DNA of 64,000 nt. It comes from an uncultured virus (IMG/VR IMGVR_UViG_3300032668_000010). Taxonomy: Duplodnaviria; Heunggongvirae; Uroviricota; Caudoviricetes. Positions 36,484-45,095 of the stretch are shown one piece after another. The notes under the pieces were generated by a model. It was given only the letters and a program-made list of their open reading frames with translations, was not told where the DNA came from and did no database searches. The DNA lies in IMG/VR virus record IMGVR_UViG_3300032668_000010. One strand, 5' to 3'. The position numbers were made by a program, and so were the translations under genes. Within the stretch, counting starts at the first letter, position 1. Every line of letters begins with the position of its first letter.

Positions 36484-36686
36484 TTTTCAACTCCAAAATG
36501 TTTTTTCAAAACCTCAACACACCGACGAACTTCCATATCCTCACGGTTATTATCGCCCATATAACGCTTTTGTACAATATCAACACATTCCTGCACAATC
36601 AGGTCTGCAAGCACCTGCGCCCGATTAGCAATCTCAGGAGCCGCATATCCTGCTTCTAGCATTAGTTCTTTTAATCGTTCGTTCAT
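36480..36686 (-). CDS. MNERI-family small protein (outlier)
   Basis: MNERLKELMLEAGYAAPE..LIVQEC..KHFGVEK. Confidence 0.7.
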   Translation of the reverse strand: MNERLKELMLEAGYAAPEIANRAQVLADLIVQECVDIVQKRYMGDNNREDMEVRRCVEVLKKHFGVEK

Positions 36687-37117
36687 GCTGTTTCCTTTGC
36701 TACTGCTTCGTGTAGTGGGTTAAACTCATTACTTGAGTCTAGTACATACCAAACACCGTGATCATACAAATAAAAATATTCACAGCCACTGGCTTCGTAA
36801 TGCTCAACAAAATCTGCTTCGCTACCAAAGCTGACGAACGTAGCATCTTCCTCTTCGCGATCGCGATCGTAGAAAGTGCATTGTTGAGCAATCCCATCAG
36901 GTAAGTATTCCGAACGTTGTGAAAAGTCATGCTTCTCACCAATGTCTGCACCAATGCACGACATATCTCCCATGGAGATCAACTTGTTTACTTTGATGCT
37001 ATCTTGGTAGTAAGTATCAATGCATAGGCCAACATGCCCAACATAACCATCGTAATGACAATAGATGGCTTTAATACGATCACCGTGCTTGATACCGATT
37101 GCTGAACGTGTACTCAT
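36683..37117 (-). CDS. Phage hypothetical protein
   Basis: MSTRSAIG..IYCHYDGY..EYFYL. Confidence 0.65.
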   Translation of the reverse strand: MSTRSAIGIKHGDRIKAIYCHYDGYVGHVGLCIDTYYQDSIKVNKLISMGDMSCIGADIGEKHDFSQRSEYLPDGIAQQCTFYDRDREEEDATFVSFGSEADFVEHYEASGCEYFYLYDHGVWYVLDSSNEFNPLHEAVAKETA

Positions 37118-37470
37118 TGTGCTTTTTCCTCCACCGATTTAACATGCTTACATTCGCCACGGAACATAAACCCTGGGCATGTACATTTTAACATATTATC
37201 TGTTTTCTGGACAACATAAGTATCACCCTTACTACCTGTAAATTCCCACTTTTCTGATTTTACTTCGTCTAAGTTGATTTCACCTAGTTCTTTAACTTCT
37301 ATAAAGGTTCTACGACGTTGATCAAAGTTCAACGGTTTCTTAAAGGTAACAGTATCGCCTGATCCGGCTTTGATATAACCATACATCTTGCTCTTATCAG
37401 TAGTCAACAAGTAAGTATGGTTTGGAGTTGGATGAGCCCAATCCCGAGTAGTTTCTTTGTAGAATTTCAA
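37114..37470 (-). CDS. SWIM zinc-finger protein
   Basis: GSKGDTY.V...CTCPGFMFRGECKH. Confidence 0.75.
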   Translation of the reverse strand: MKFYKETTRDWAHPTPNHTYLLTTDKSKMYGYIKAGSGDTVTFKKPLNFDQRRRTFIEVKELGEINLDEVKSEKWEFTGSKGDTYVVQKTDNMLKCTCPGFMFRGECKHVKSVEEKAQ

Positions 37471-37779
37471 TTACATGCTCCAGTAAGATTCACTAGCAGG
37501 TGACATGAATACTGGAGTGTTAATTGGTTCCATGAACTTCTTACCAGTCATGATGTTAGTACGTTCAATCATGTTAGTATCTACCAACATAACTTTCATT
37601 TGCTTTAGGTATTCATCTGAAGCGCACATACGGATACCGTTCTTGCCAGTAACTCGAATATCAATCCAAGGAATAGTTTGGCCTGCAGCATTTAGGTCCA
37701 GGACAATGTTTGTAATCTCACCAGTTAATTTACCAGCGGCACTAACCCAACTAATTTTGCTACCAATTTTTAAGTTCAT
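37471..37779 (-). CDS. Hypothetical early protein
   Basis: Ends SPASESYWSM; promoter TTGATC-17-TATAAT at 37810-37838. Confidence 0.65.
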   Translation of the reverse strand: MNLKIGSKISWVSAAGKLTGEITNIVLDLNAAGQTIPWIDIRVTGKNGIRMCASDEYLKQMKVMLVDTNMIERTNIMTGKKFMEPINTPVFMSPASESYWSM

Positions 37780-37855
37780 TTACTGCTCCTTATTAATCAC
37801 TATACAAACATTATAGCATTTTGGCCTTTTTGGATCAACCAAAATTTTACCCCGC

Positions 37856-37881
37856 AAAAAACCCCCATTTAAGGGGGTTTT
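37856..37881. terminator. Intrinsic terminator
   Basis: A-run-CCCCC-ATTTAA-GGGGG-TTTT. Confidence 0.8.
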
Positions 37882-37898
37882 GGGGTGTTGTTTTTAGA

Positions 37899-39080
37899 CT
37901 ACACTAAGTAGCTGTCCAAATCTGGCAACAAATACCCTGGGATATTGATATTATTGTTGATAATATAGTAAGGACTTGTACATTTCTTTAATCCCACCTG
38001 AGTGCCAGCGTTACGTGATATATATTGATCGTTTATAGAGCTTAAGAACTGTTTATTAGTCCAACGCCAAGATTGAAAGTACTTGGGATTATAATCATTG
38101 ATCCAATGGTCGCTTTTCCATAACATAGATCCTTTGGGTTTAGCGACCTGAAATGTATCTGGATTATAATCAGGACAACATACAATCTGATAGATGTGTT
38201 TATAGTAGGTGGAAATGTATTTTGTATCAGACCCTGTTAGCTTTAATTGTTTCATTTTTTCTAGGTTGTCTAAAATAAACTCAAGAATGTTGTGCGCCTG
38301 CATTACAGGAATCATTGGTGCGTCGGGGGACCAATAAAACATTTCTGTATTTCTGTCCGGGTCCTGAGCTCCGCCTAGATTATCAGTAAAATACGCATAA
38401 AAAGAATTGTTACTAATCCCGCATTTAATTTTATCATATCCGAGTACTACGCCTACACTCTTATTTTTTTCTATTTGGGCTTGTTCAAATTTTGATTTAC
38501 GATTAAATCTAAAAAACGATAGCATCGACTGATAGTGATTACTTGCAAAGAAATCTGATTCAGATAGTTCTTGCTGAATACATTCTGAGTAATCATCAAC
38601 TACTATATTAGTATTAGGATAGTTCTTTTTAATATAATCTAAGACAGGAACTACTGCGTATTCAAACTCACTGGATAAATTAGAAGAATCTTTATTGCTA
38701 CTGTCGGGATCTTTGAATTTACGTTCAGCAAATGCCCAGCGTGTGAATATTTCATCAACGTGAATGCCATTACTTAAAAAACTATTCAATACCGTCCATG
38801 AGTCCATTCCACCACTAAAGTGTATGATTACATAGTCATACTTGTCGCGAATTTGCTGAGCACGTTCTCTATATAAATCTCTTAGGGTACCTGCGGGCCG
38901 GTGACTCCAGTTGATAGCATTAAATACATCGTCATGAAACTTCCAAATCAATTCTTTGCCTGTTTTGGAGGCTTGAAACACAGCCTCAGACTTGTTTATG
39001 TATATTTGATCGCCGACTGTATAATAGCCATGTGGTGAATTAATTGGAATCATCGGTAGCACATAAATGAAGTAAAACAC
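37899..39080 (-). CDS. PP-loop (adenine nucleotide alpha-hydrolase-like) protein
   Basis: HFSGGMDS PP-loop; likely start MIPINS. Confidence 0.7.
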   Translation of the reverse strand: MFYFIYVLPMIPINSPHGYYTVGDQIYINKSEAVFQASKTGKELIWKFHDDVFNAINWSHRPAGTLRDLYRERAQQIRDKYDYVIIHFSGGMDSWTVLNSFLSNGIHVDEIFTRWAFAERKFKDPDSSNKDSSNLSSEFEYAVVPVLDYIKKNYPNTNIVVDDYSECIQQELSESDFFASNHYQSMLSFFRFNRKSKFEQAQIEKNKSVGVVLGYDKIKCGISNNSFYAYFTDNLGGAQDPDRNTEMFYWSPDAPMIPVMQAHNILEFILDNLEKMKQLKLTGSDTKYISTYYKHIYQIVCCPDYNPDTFQVAKPKGSMLWKSDHWINDYNPKYFQSWRWTNKQFLSSINDQYISRNAGTQVGLKKCTSPYYIINNNINIPGYLLPDLDSYLV

Positions 39081-39757
39081 CAGCTGGCATCAATAATTTG
39101 TATATTTTTAAATCCAATGCACTCTAAGGTATCCAGGTACCACTTGGGATCTCGGATATACATTATATCTTTTACAGCGTTTTCTTTAGATTCAATTTCT
39201 TCCAGAGTTACACCTTGCGCTAATTTCCAATTATGATAATGATTTATAGCAGTAGGATCCAGACTTGTCTTTTCGCTTAAGATAAAGAAACCGTCTGGTT
39301 GCATATTACGATGTATGTCTATTAGATATTTTTCTTTATCTTCTATAAAGTGTAAAGTCCAGTTACACAGAACAGCATCAAATGTTTCGTTGGGAAATCT
39401 ATCACTGTGTATCAATCTAGCAACGCTGGGATCACAATATTTTAACATTGCATGACTGGCCTCGACACCTATTAAGTTATCAAATCCTGCAGAATTTAAT
39501 CTACGTAGAGTTTCTCCTGTGGCGCAACCTACATCAATGATGCAACTCGATTCTTCTAAGTACCATTTGCACATACTAACGCATTTATCAATTACAAGAT
39601 CGTAGTTGGGTATATGTTGACGTGCATGGTCAACAAAGTTTTTGGCAATGCCATCATCAAACTTCCAAGGTTGGGTCATATGGGTTATGTTACTTGATAT
39701 TTTGGTAAAAGTCAATGGTCTTTTGTTGTTGCTCTCGAAAATCTTCTGCGGTTCCAT
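39050..39757 (-). CDS. CmoA-like SAM-dependent methyltransferase
   Basis: WKFDD.IA..F....QHIPNY, DVGCATG, NWTLHFI, LSEK. Confidence 0.75.
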   Translation of the reverse strand: MEPQKIFESNNKRPLTFTKISSNITHMTQPWKFDDGIAKNFVDHARQHIPNYDLVIDKCVSMCKWYLEESSCIIDVGCATGETLRRLNSAGFDNLIGVEASHAMLKYCDPSVARLIHSDRFPNETFDAVLCNWTLHFIEDKEKYLIDIHRNMQPDGFFILSEKTSLDPTAINHYHNWKLAQGVTLEEIESKENAVKDIMYIRDPKWYLDTLECIGFKNIQIIDASWCFTSFMCYR

Positions 39758-40552
39758 TCCAGGGGCGGAACTCTAAATCTTCAAGACGTTGACGGTATTT
39801 GTCTTTTTTGAATCCATCAACTAATACTTGTTCTAGCTTCTTTGCTAATTCTGGATCCATTGTAGCTGGCGCAACGATGCCATACCAATTGTCTATATCT
39901 ATTCCAGGATACAACGTACTTAAACAATCTATATCAAGGCCGCTGACACTATCTAATACAGCAATAGCGCAAACGTCGGGGTTAGCTTTTGCAGCCACCC
40001 AAGTGTCAAATGCAAAGTCTATTTCACCTGCAACCAATGCTTCAGCCTGTGTGGTACTACCAGTATAGGTGCGGGTAGTGGGTGTGGGTAAGCCGGCAAG
40101 TTTAATCCATTGATTGATAACTCTTGCAGTTGGTTCGTGCCAGAATCCCAGAGTAAATCCCTCATGGACTTTTTTTAAAAAATCATTATAACTGCGAATA
40201 TCTAGTGTGGAACGTGCTACAAGAACAAAACTGGTACGGGCTACAGGTGTTAACGGGACAAAACTGTCCCGTGTATATCCTAAGGACATTACGCTAGATT
40301 AGATCCAACGCTGGTAGCACAACCTACCATTAATTTGTCTGCTAAGTTTGCACCAACTGAAGTAGCACAACCTACCATCAAACTACTATCTTTACTCGAG
40401 GCGTAACGAGCACCAACAGCGTTATTATCGCCTGGCATGTTTGTTACAGTAACGTCGTAACCTGCTTCTTTAAGAATATCCATAGCAATACGACCAACTG
40501 AGTCAGTTGCGCCACCTTGAGGATAAGGAACTACGATTTCTAATTTTGACAT
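39690..40552 (-). pseudogene. tctC: Second TctC/Bug-like gene split into two ORFs (40289-40552, 39690-40289) by a 41-nt insertion; no signal peptide
   Basis: IVVPYPQGGATD, N.PG....GA; YTG..Q..LVAG.ID, WYGIVAP; removing 40287-40327 restores the frame. Confidence 0.75.
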
Positions 40553-40575
40553 ATTATTACTCCGGGAATATGCAA

Positions 40576-41517
40576 TTATTTATCTACTTCTGCGGCAATA
40601 CGCTTTAGTATCTGCAAATTACGTTTTTGTAACACAAGTAGAGATTCTGAAGTGCCACCATATGTTTTAATATTAAGCATATCCATCTTTTCGCGGTACT
40701 TAGATTCTTTAAATGCTGCATTAATGATTCGGTTCAACTCGTCTACGGTAGCCTTGGGAGTACCTGTTGGAGCCCATAACCCGTACCATACACCCACATT
40801 CAATTCTGGGTGTGCAGTTGATATAGCAATAGCCGAGCTGTCGGGTTTAATTTTTTTAATAACTGATAATCCACCCTGGTCCAATGTAGCAAGTACACGG
40901 ACCTTGTCGGCAGCAAAGAACGGCTGAATTGCTAACCATGTATCAAATCCCGACATGACCTGCCCGCCAACTAAGTCCTGCATTTGCGGAGTAGATCCTT
41001 TGTACAAAATGATTGTCGGACGAGGCAACCCCTCTTTCTTAGCCCAATCATAAAATATATTAGCAGTATTGGCATTCCAAAACGCCAAATTAAATTTATC
41101 TGGATTCGCCTTAACATAAAATTTAAACTGTTCGTAATTTTTAATAGGACTACCGGAGGGCACCGCCAGTACATAACTAATATTTGCTAACGGTACAATA
41201 GGAACAAAACTTTGTTCTGTGTATTCCATACCTTGTGCTTTAAATGCTATGTTAGCGTCAAGAGCACCTGTTGCACCAACAAACAATGTTTTGCCATCGG
41301 GTTTTCCTTTAGCAACATAATTGGCACCAATGACAGCATCAGCTCCGGGCTTGTTTACAACAATACTTGGCATACCGTGTTCATTAAGAATTTCGCCAAC
41401 AATGCGTCCTAGACTGTCTGTGGCCCCTCCCGGTGGATAAGGTACTACAATTTCAATTGGCTGTGCCGCAAATACTGCTGTTGATACAAATAATAATAGT
41501 GTTGCTAAAAATTTCAT
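40576..41517 (-). CDS. tctC: TTT periplasmic substrate-binding protein TctC (Bug family)
   Basis: Signal peptide MKFLATLLL..AVFA; IVVPYPPGGATD, NKPGA, YKG, DLVGGQV, WYGLWAP.GTP. Confidence 0.93.
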   Translation of the reverse strand: MKFLATLLLFVSTAVFAAQPIEIVVPYPPGGATDSLGRIVGEILNEHGMPSIVVNKPGADAVIGANYVAKGKPDGKTLFVGATGALDANIAFKAQGMEYTEQSFVPIVPLANISYVLAVPSGSPIKNYEQFKFYVKANPDKFNLAFWNANTANIFYDWAKKEGLPRPTIILYKGSTPQMQDLVGGQVMSGFDTWLAIQPFFAADKVRVLATLDQGGLSVIKKIKPDSSAIAISTAHPELNVGVWYGLWAPTGTPKATVDELNRIINAAFKESKYREKMDMLNIKTYGGTSESLLVLQKRNLQILKRIAAEVDK

Positions 41518-42365
41518 TTCTTCATCCAATCTACGTAATTTTTGTTCCACTCAGCGGGATCATTGAATATGTCCTCACACAAACTGTGATGACGTGCTTT
41601 TGAATCTCGTGTAAACTCTACAACAAAGCGACCAATTTTCTTTGGATCTTTAAACATACCAAAGTTATCGGGGAACTCTGTTTTAAGTTGTTCGTAAACA
41701 TCTAGGTTAGCAGTAAAGCCATTAATTTCCATAATAGTCTTTAGTGCAGCAATACTTGAGTTAGCGGCTGTACACTTGATACTGCCGTTAACTGCGGCCA
41801 GCATAGTCATGTCGCCAGCTTGCCATTCTGTATAAGGGATTTCGTATTCCAAGTCGTGCCAAAAGTCGTGCGGTAGTATATCTTGGTTGCCGTTCCACAT
41901 CCACTTAGGATGGCGGCTTTCTACAATAATGTGATCACCTCTATGTGCTAAGTGTCTCATAAACCAAGCATGGTCGTGGTGGCCAAATAATACACCCCAA
42001 CAAAAGATAATATCATATTTTTCATCATTACCAAGAAAGAACTCTGTTAAACTTTGGTTAATGATTTCCCAGTTATTATCTTTATGATACTTAGTTAATA
42101 GTTCAGTTGCCGTTTCGCAAAACTCTGGACTAATCTCCACACCTGTGTAACTTGCGGCACCATTGCTTAAACACCAATCGCCTGTTTGTCCAATGAAGCT
42201 ACCGATATCTAATATACGTTTATTAAGTAATCGCTCGGGAGGCAATAGCCATTCGTGTTTTTTAATTGTAATGTTAGGGTTCATTGGAACGCCACACTCT
42301 GGTGGACGATTCGCTCTAAAGTCTTTTTCCAAGAACTCAGGATGTTGTTTGAAGGAGTTTATCAT
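41514..42365 (-). CDS. Class I SAM-dependent methyltransferase
   Basis: ILDIGSFIG, GVE, YDIIFCWGVL. Confidence 0.75.
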   Translation of the reverse strand: MINSFKQHPEFLEKDFRANRPPECGVPMNPNITIKKHEWLLPPERLLNKRILDIGSFIGQTGDWCLSNGAASYTGVEISPEFCETATELLTKYHKDNNWEIINQSLTEFFLGNDEKYDIIFCWGVLFGHHDHAWFMRHLAHRGDHIIVESRHPKWMWNGNQDILPHDFWHDLEYEIPYTEWQAGDMTMLAAVNGSIKCTAANSSIAALKTIMEINGFTANLDVYEQLKTEFPDNFGMFKDPKKIGRFVVEFTRDSKARHHSLCEDIFNDPAEWNKNYVDWMKK

Positions 42366-42384
42366 TTTATCTTTGAAAGTGAGA

Positions 42385-42682
42385 GAAGCCCCCGGAGGGG
42401 CTGGTTGTTTCTGTTACGAGGCATTTCCTGCCCTAAGCAGTTTTTAGGCTGCTAATGCGTAAACTGAATCGTTTGCGTCTATAGATTTGCTTGATTTATG
42501 GTCATCGCCTACCCTGTTGCCTTTGTCGCTATCTCACCATGTCGAAACCTTGTCATCCCCACCCAAGTATACTGTCCCACGGACTTTGCACTCCCATTTG
42601 GTTGCACAATATACTTAGGTGGAGATGCCGGGAATCGAACCCGGGTCCACAATGCCTTTACTCTAAAGGAATTACAACAATT
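42385..42682 (-). ncRNA. ssrA: Circularly permuted (two-piece) tmRNA gene
   Basis: T-arm and acceptor 3' half (42648-42618) lie upstream of the 5' end GGGGATGACAAGGTTTCGAC (42560-42541); G3.U70 pair; tag ANDSVYALAA* at 42476-42444. Confidence 0.92.
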
Positions 42683-42766
42683 CTATTGACTATCTAACCA
42701 ATCCTTTAGTTCTATCATACAATATAATAAAACTGCTACAATCATAAGATAGGCCAGATATGTCAT
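42683..42766 (-). CDS. 27-aa hydrophobic peptide upstream of tmRNA
   Basis: MTYLAYLMIVAVLLYCMIELKDWLDSQ*; CTAAATA just upstream. Confidence 0.4.
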   Translation of the reverse strand: MTYLAYLMIVAVLLYCMIELKDWLDSQ

Positions 42767-42780
42767 ATAATTATTTAGTG

Positions 42781-42957
42781 TTAAATACAGCTTGCGCCGT
42801 ACTTATTTTCACCTGGTGTGCTAGGGACAAACATGATAGCTAGGCTAACGACCCATCCAACGTATGGTACTAGAGTTAGTAAAATCCATACACCACTTTG
42901 ACCAAAGTCACGAATACGTTGACTACCTGCGGCCCAAACAGGACTTATACGCTTCAC
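42781..42957 (-). pseudogene. C-terminal half of a DUF805 (YhaH-like) membrane protein
   Basis: QRIRDFGQSGVWILLTLVPYVGW...PSTPGENKYG; N-terminal half absent. Confidence 0.55.
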
Positions 42958-42979
42958 AGCGAGTGCCCGTTGTTAAAAA

Positions 42980-43324
42980 TTACTCAGCTACTGCGTCGAG
43001 TAATGCACGGGCTTTGATATCTTCCAAGCTAGGCTTGGCTTTTACCTTGGTTGCTTTGGCAGATACTGTGCCATTGTACTTGGCATCAGCTGCGTCAATC
43101 GCCGCTTTATAGTCAGCGTTTGCATACAACTCAGTTGTCTTAAGGAATACAACCAATGCTGGCTTGGTCATGCCTTCTGGTAGCTCGAGCAAATTGATAT
43201 CGCTATCTGTCTTTGCAAGGATCTTAACACGAGTCATGTCAGTAGCAAAACGTACTTTATACTGACCTTTAGTTTTAGAAACACCACCAACTTTGAACAA
43301 TTTATTCATTTTGTAAAACTCCAT
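42980..43324 (-). CDS. Hypothetical protein
   Basis: KVRFATDM.RVKIL; likely start MNKLFK; promoter at 43383-43411. Confidence 0.65.
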   Translation of the reverse strand: MEFYKMNKLFKVGGVSKTKGQYKVRFATDMTRVKILAKTDSDINLLELPEGMTKPALVVFLKTTELYANADYKAAIDAADAKYNGTVSAKATKVKAKPSLEDIKARALLDAVAE

Positions 43325-43439
43325 TTTTAAGTTAAATTAAATTTACTACATTGTATGCTGGACACACTCCAACATATTTCATATTATAGATTATTTCGAA
43401 TTAAAATGCAACCATAATATGAAATTCCTTTTACCAAAA

Positions 43440-43568
43440 TTACTTGGCCAATTCTGTACTTTGGGACTTGACAGTTTCTACACCCTTGTCCATAATTCTA
43501 GCAATACCACTAAAGCCCACGGTTGCCAGGATCAACCCAAATACTGTACCGATGATAAACATTTTCAT
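43440..43568 (-). CDS. Small membrane protein (not in ORF track)
   Basis: MKMFIIGTVFGLILATVGFSGIARIMDKGVETVKSQSTELAK*. Confidence 0.55.
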   Translation of the reverse strand: MKMFIIGTVFGLILATVGFSGIARIMDKGVETVKSQSTELAK

Positions 43569-43570
43569 AA

Positions 43571-43753
43571 TTAGTCTTTCTTAGAAATTGATGTCTTGGT
43601 TAAACTCAGTAAAACTGCTGCCGCCATCCAATGTTCAAAATCTACTGGAATTGCCAGTGCAGGGAATAATGTATTCAATGCCCAGATTGCCGCAAGAGGC
43701 CCAACGACAATCATTAATACCATGAATGCTAATGCCAAAAGAATTTTACTCAT
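43571..43753 (-). CDS. Small membrane protein
   Basis: IWALNTLFP.LAIP. Confidence 0.6.
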   Translation of the reverse strand: MSKILLALAFMVLMIVVGPLAAIWALNTLFPALAIPVDFEHWMAAAVLLSLTKTSISKKD

Positions 43754-44034
43754 TATACACTCTCCAACATATTTGCAGGGACCTTGTAAACTGTACCAGC
43801 TGTGGTACGAACAAGAACGTTTTTAACACTGACCTTTTCAACCACACCGTTATAAACAATACCACGACGTGAATCTGTAAACTTAACCGATGTACCTTTT
43901 ACTAAAGTACCTTTATTCTTTTGACCTAACTGAGCACGGGCAAATTTAATTGCTTGACCAATGTCATCTAGTTCTGTGTTGGTAAAACTACCACTAATAA
44001 TACTACTACGAATGTCATGTAAACTTGAGTTCAT
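43753..44034 (-). CDS. Hypothetical protein, SH3-like C-terminus
   Basis: G..VKF...G.VEKV..KNV.V....YKVPANML. Confidence 0.6.
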   Translation of the reverse strand: MNSSLHDIRSSIISGSFTNTELDDIGQAIKFARAQLGQKNKGTLVKGTSVKFTDSRRGIVYNGVVEKVSVKNVLVRTTAGTVYKVPANMLESV

Positions 44035-44043
44035 ATCTTATCC

Positions 44044-44385
44044 TTAATCTAAACGTGATCCGGCGTAAGCCTGGAAACCATATCGCTCAAATACTTCTGC
44101 CGCGGCACGAGCGCCTTCTTCTTTAGTGTCGATATTCTGACAACCCATATCACTCGGATTCCAAATCTGGAAACTACCGGTGTAACTTTTACGAATACCT
44201 GCTGCTTTCATTGCACGTCCTAACTTGGTGTTACCTTTGATACCAAAAATGTCTACCCAAGCAAAACCACAACTATACTGATCTTGTCCGCCTAACTTTT
44301 CATTGAAGTATTTGCGAGCGGCACGTTGAGCGGCTGTTTTAGCTTCAAACACAATTTCTTCAATTTGCTTTTGATCGTAGTTCAT
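44044..44385 (-). CDS. Phage hypothetical protein
   Basis: CGFAWV...Q..D.KE.GA.A.A...AYAGSRLD. Confidence 0.65.
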   Translation of the reverse strand: MNYDQKQIEEIVFEAKTAAQRAARKYFNEKLGGQDQYSCGFAWVDIFGIKGNTKLGRAMKAAGIRKSYTGSFQIWNPSDMGCQNIDTKEEGARAAAEVFERYGFQAYAGSRLD

Positions 44386-44386
44386 A

Positions 44387-44542
44387 TTAAACTCCACACG
44401 CATCTAAAAATTTTGCTTGATCAAATCTAGGATTAGTTGATTGTGCTACCTTGGCAAACGCAATCGCTGTCGCTAACCGTTGGGCCATGTCAGGCATCGA
44501 ACTAATCTCTTTAGCCATTGCTACAAAGTGTTTTCTGCTCAT
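44387..44542 (-). CDS. Small early protein (not in ORF track)
   Basis: MSRKHFVAMAKEI...NPRFDQAKFLDACGV*; SD and promoter at 44573-44601. Confidence 0.6.
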   Translation of the reverse strand: MSRKHFVAMAKEISSMPDMAQRLATAIAFAKVAQSTNPRFDQAKFLDACGV

Positions 44543-44606
44543 TTACTGCTCCTTATTAGTTACTATACAACTATTATACTATTTTGGGAATTAATGGACA
44601 ACCGTT

Positions 44607-44792
44607 TTATGCTTGCCAATCTGTTGGTGCCAAGTCCACTGTTTCTTCAATTTCTGTCCACATATCGTACACACGATTAACTAGTTGAGCACGAACAGCA
44701 GGGTTTAACGGGAGCTTCTGCAACAATTCTTCAACTTCGTCCAGTTTGGAGTCAATTTCTTCTAGTAGTTCCAGAGTATAATTACTTGCCAT
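44607..44792 (-). CDS. Small acidic protein
   Basis: Promoter at 44823-44852; SD AAGGA. Confidence 0.55.
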   Translation of the reverse strand: MASNYTLELLEEIDSKLDEVEELLQKLPLNPAVRAQLVNRVYDMWTEIEETVDLAPTDWQA

Positions 44793-44823
44793 TTAATAGT
44801 CCTTTTTGTTCACTATACAAACA

Positions 44824-44967
44824 TTATACATTATTGGTAATTTTTGGGTCAACCAAAATTTGTTGCGTAAATACAACTCCGCCCAATGTGCCCTTATACA
44901 TATTAGCAACGGATTTGATGTAAAACTGCATAACTTTACCGTTTTTTGTGATTAATGTATATGGCAT
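44824..44967 (-). CDS. Small early protein (not in ORF track)
   Basis: MPYTLITKNGKVMQFY...; promoter at 44997-45025. Confidence 0.5.
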   Translation of the reverse strand: MPYTLITKNGKVMQFYIKSVANMYKGTLGGVVFTQQILVDPKITNNV

Positions 44968-45095
44968 TTGTATTCCTTATTAATTACTATAACAACAGTA
45001 TAGCATTTTGGGAATTAATGGTCAATTCGAAATAGTGTGGGATTTTTGCAACAGAAATTGGTAAATATTAGATATAAAACAATAACGAATTCAAT

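Noticed and set aside
20778..40381. Diversity-generating retroelement behind the arrays or the tctC duplication
   Set aside because: No reverse transcriptase in the window and differences are not confined to adenines.
42618..42650. tRNA gene
   Set aside because: The T-arm and acceptor half have no anticodon arm; they pair with the downstream GGGGATG and tag ORF, so this is the permuted tmRNA.
42255..42697. Plus-strand ORFs 42255-42455, 42491-42697 and 42498-42689
   Set aside because: Antisense to the tmRNA or methyltransferase, with no recognisable motifs.
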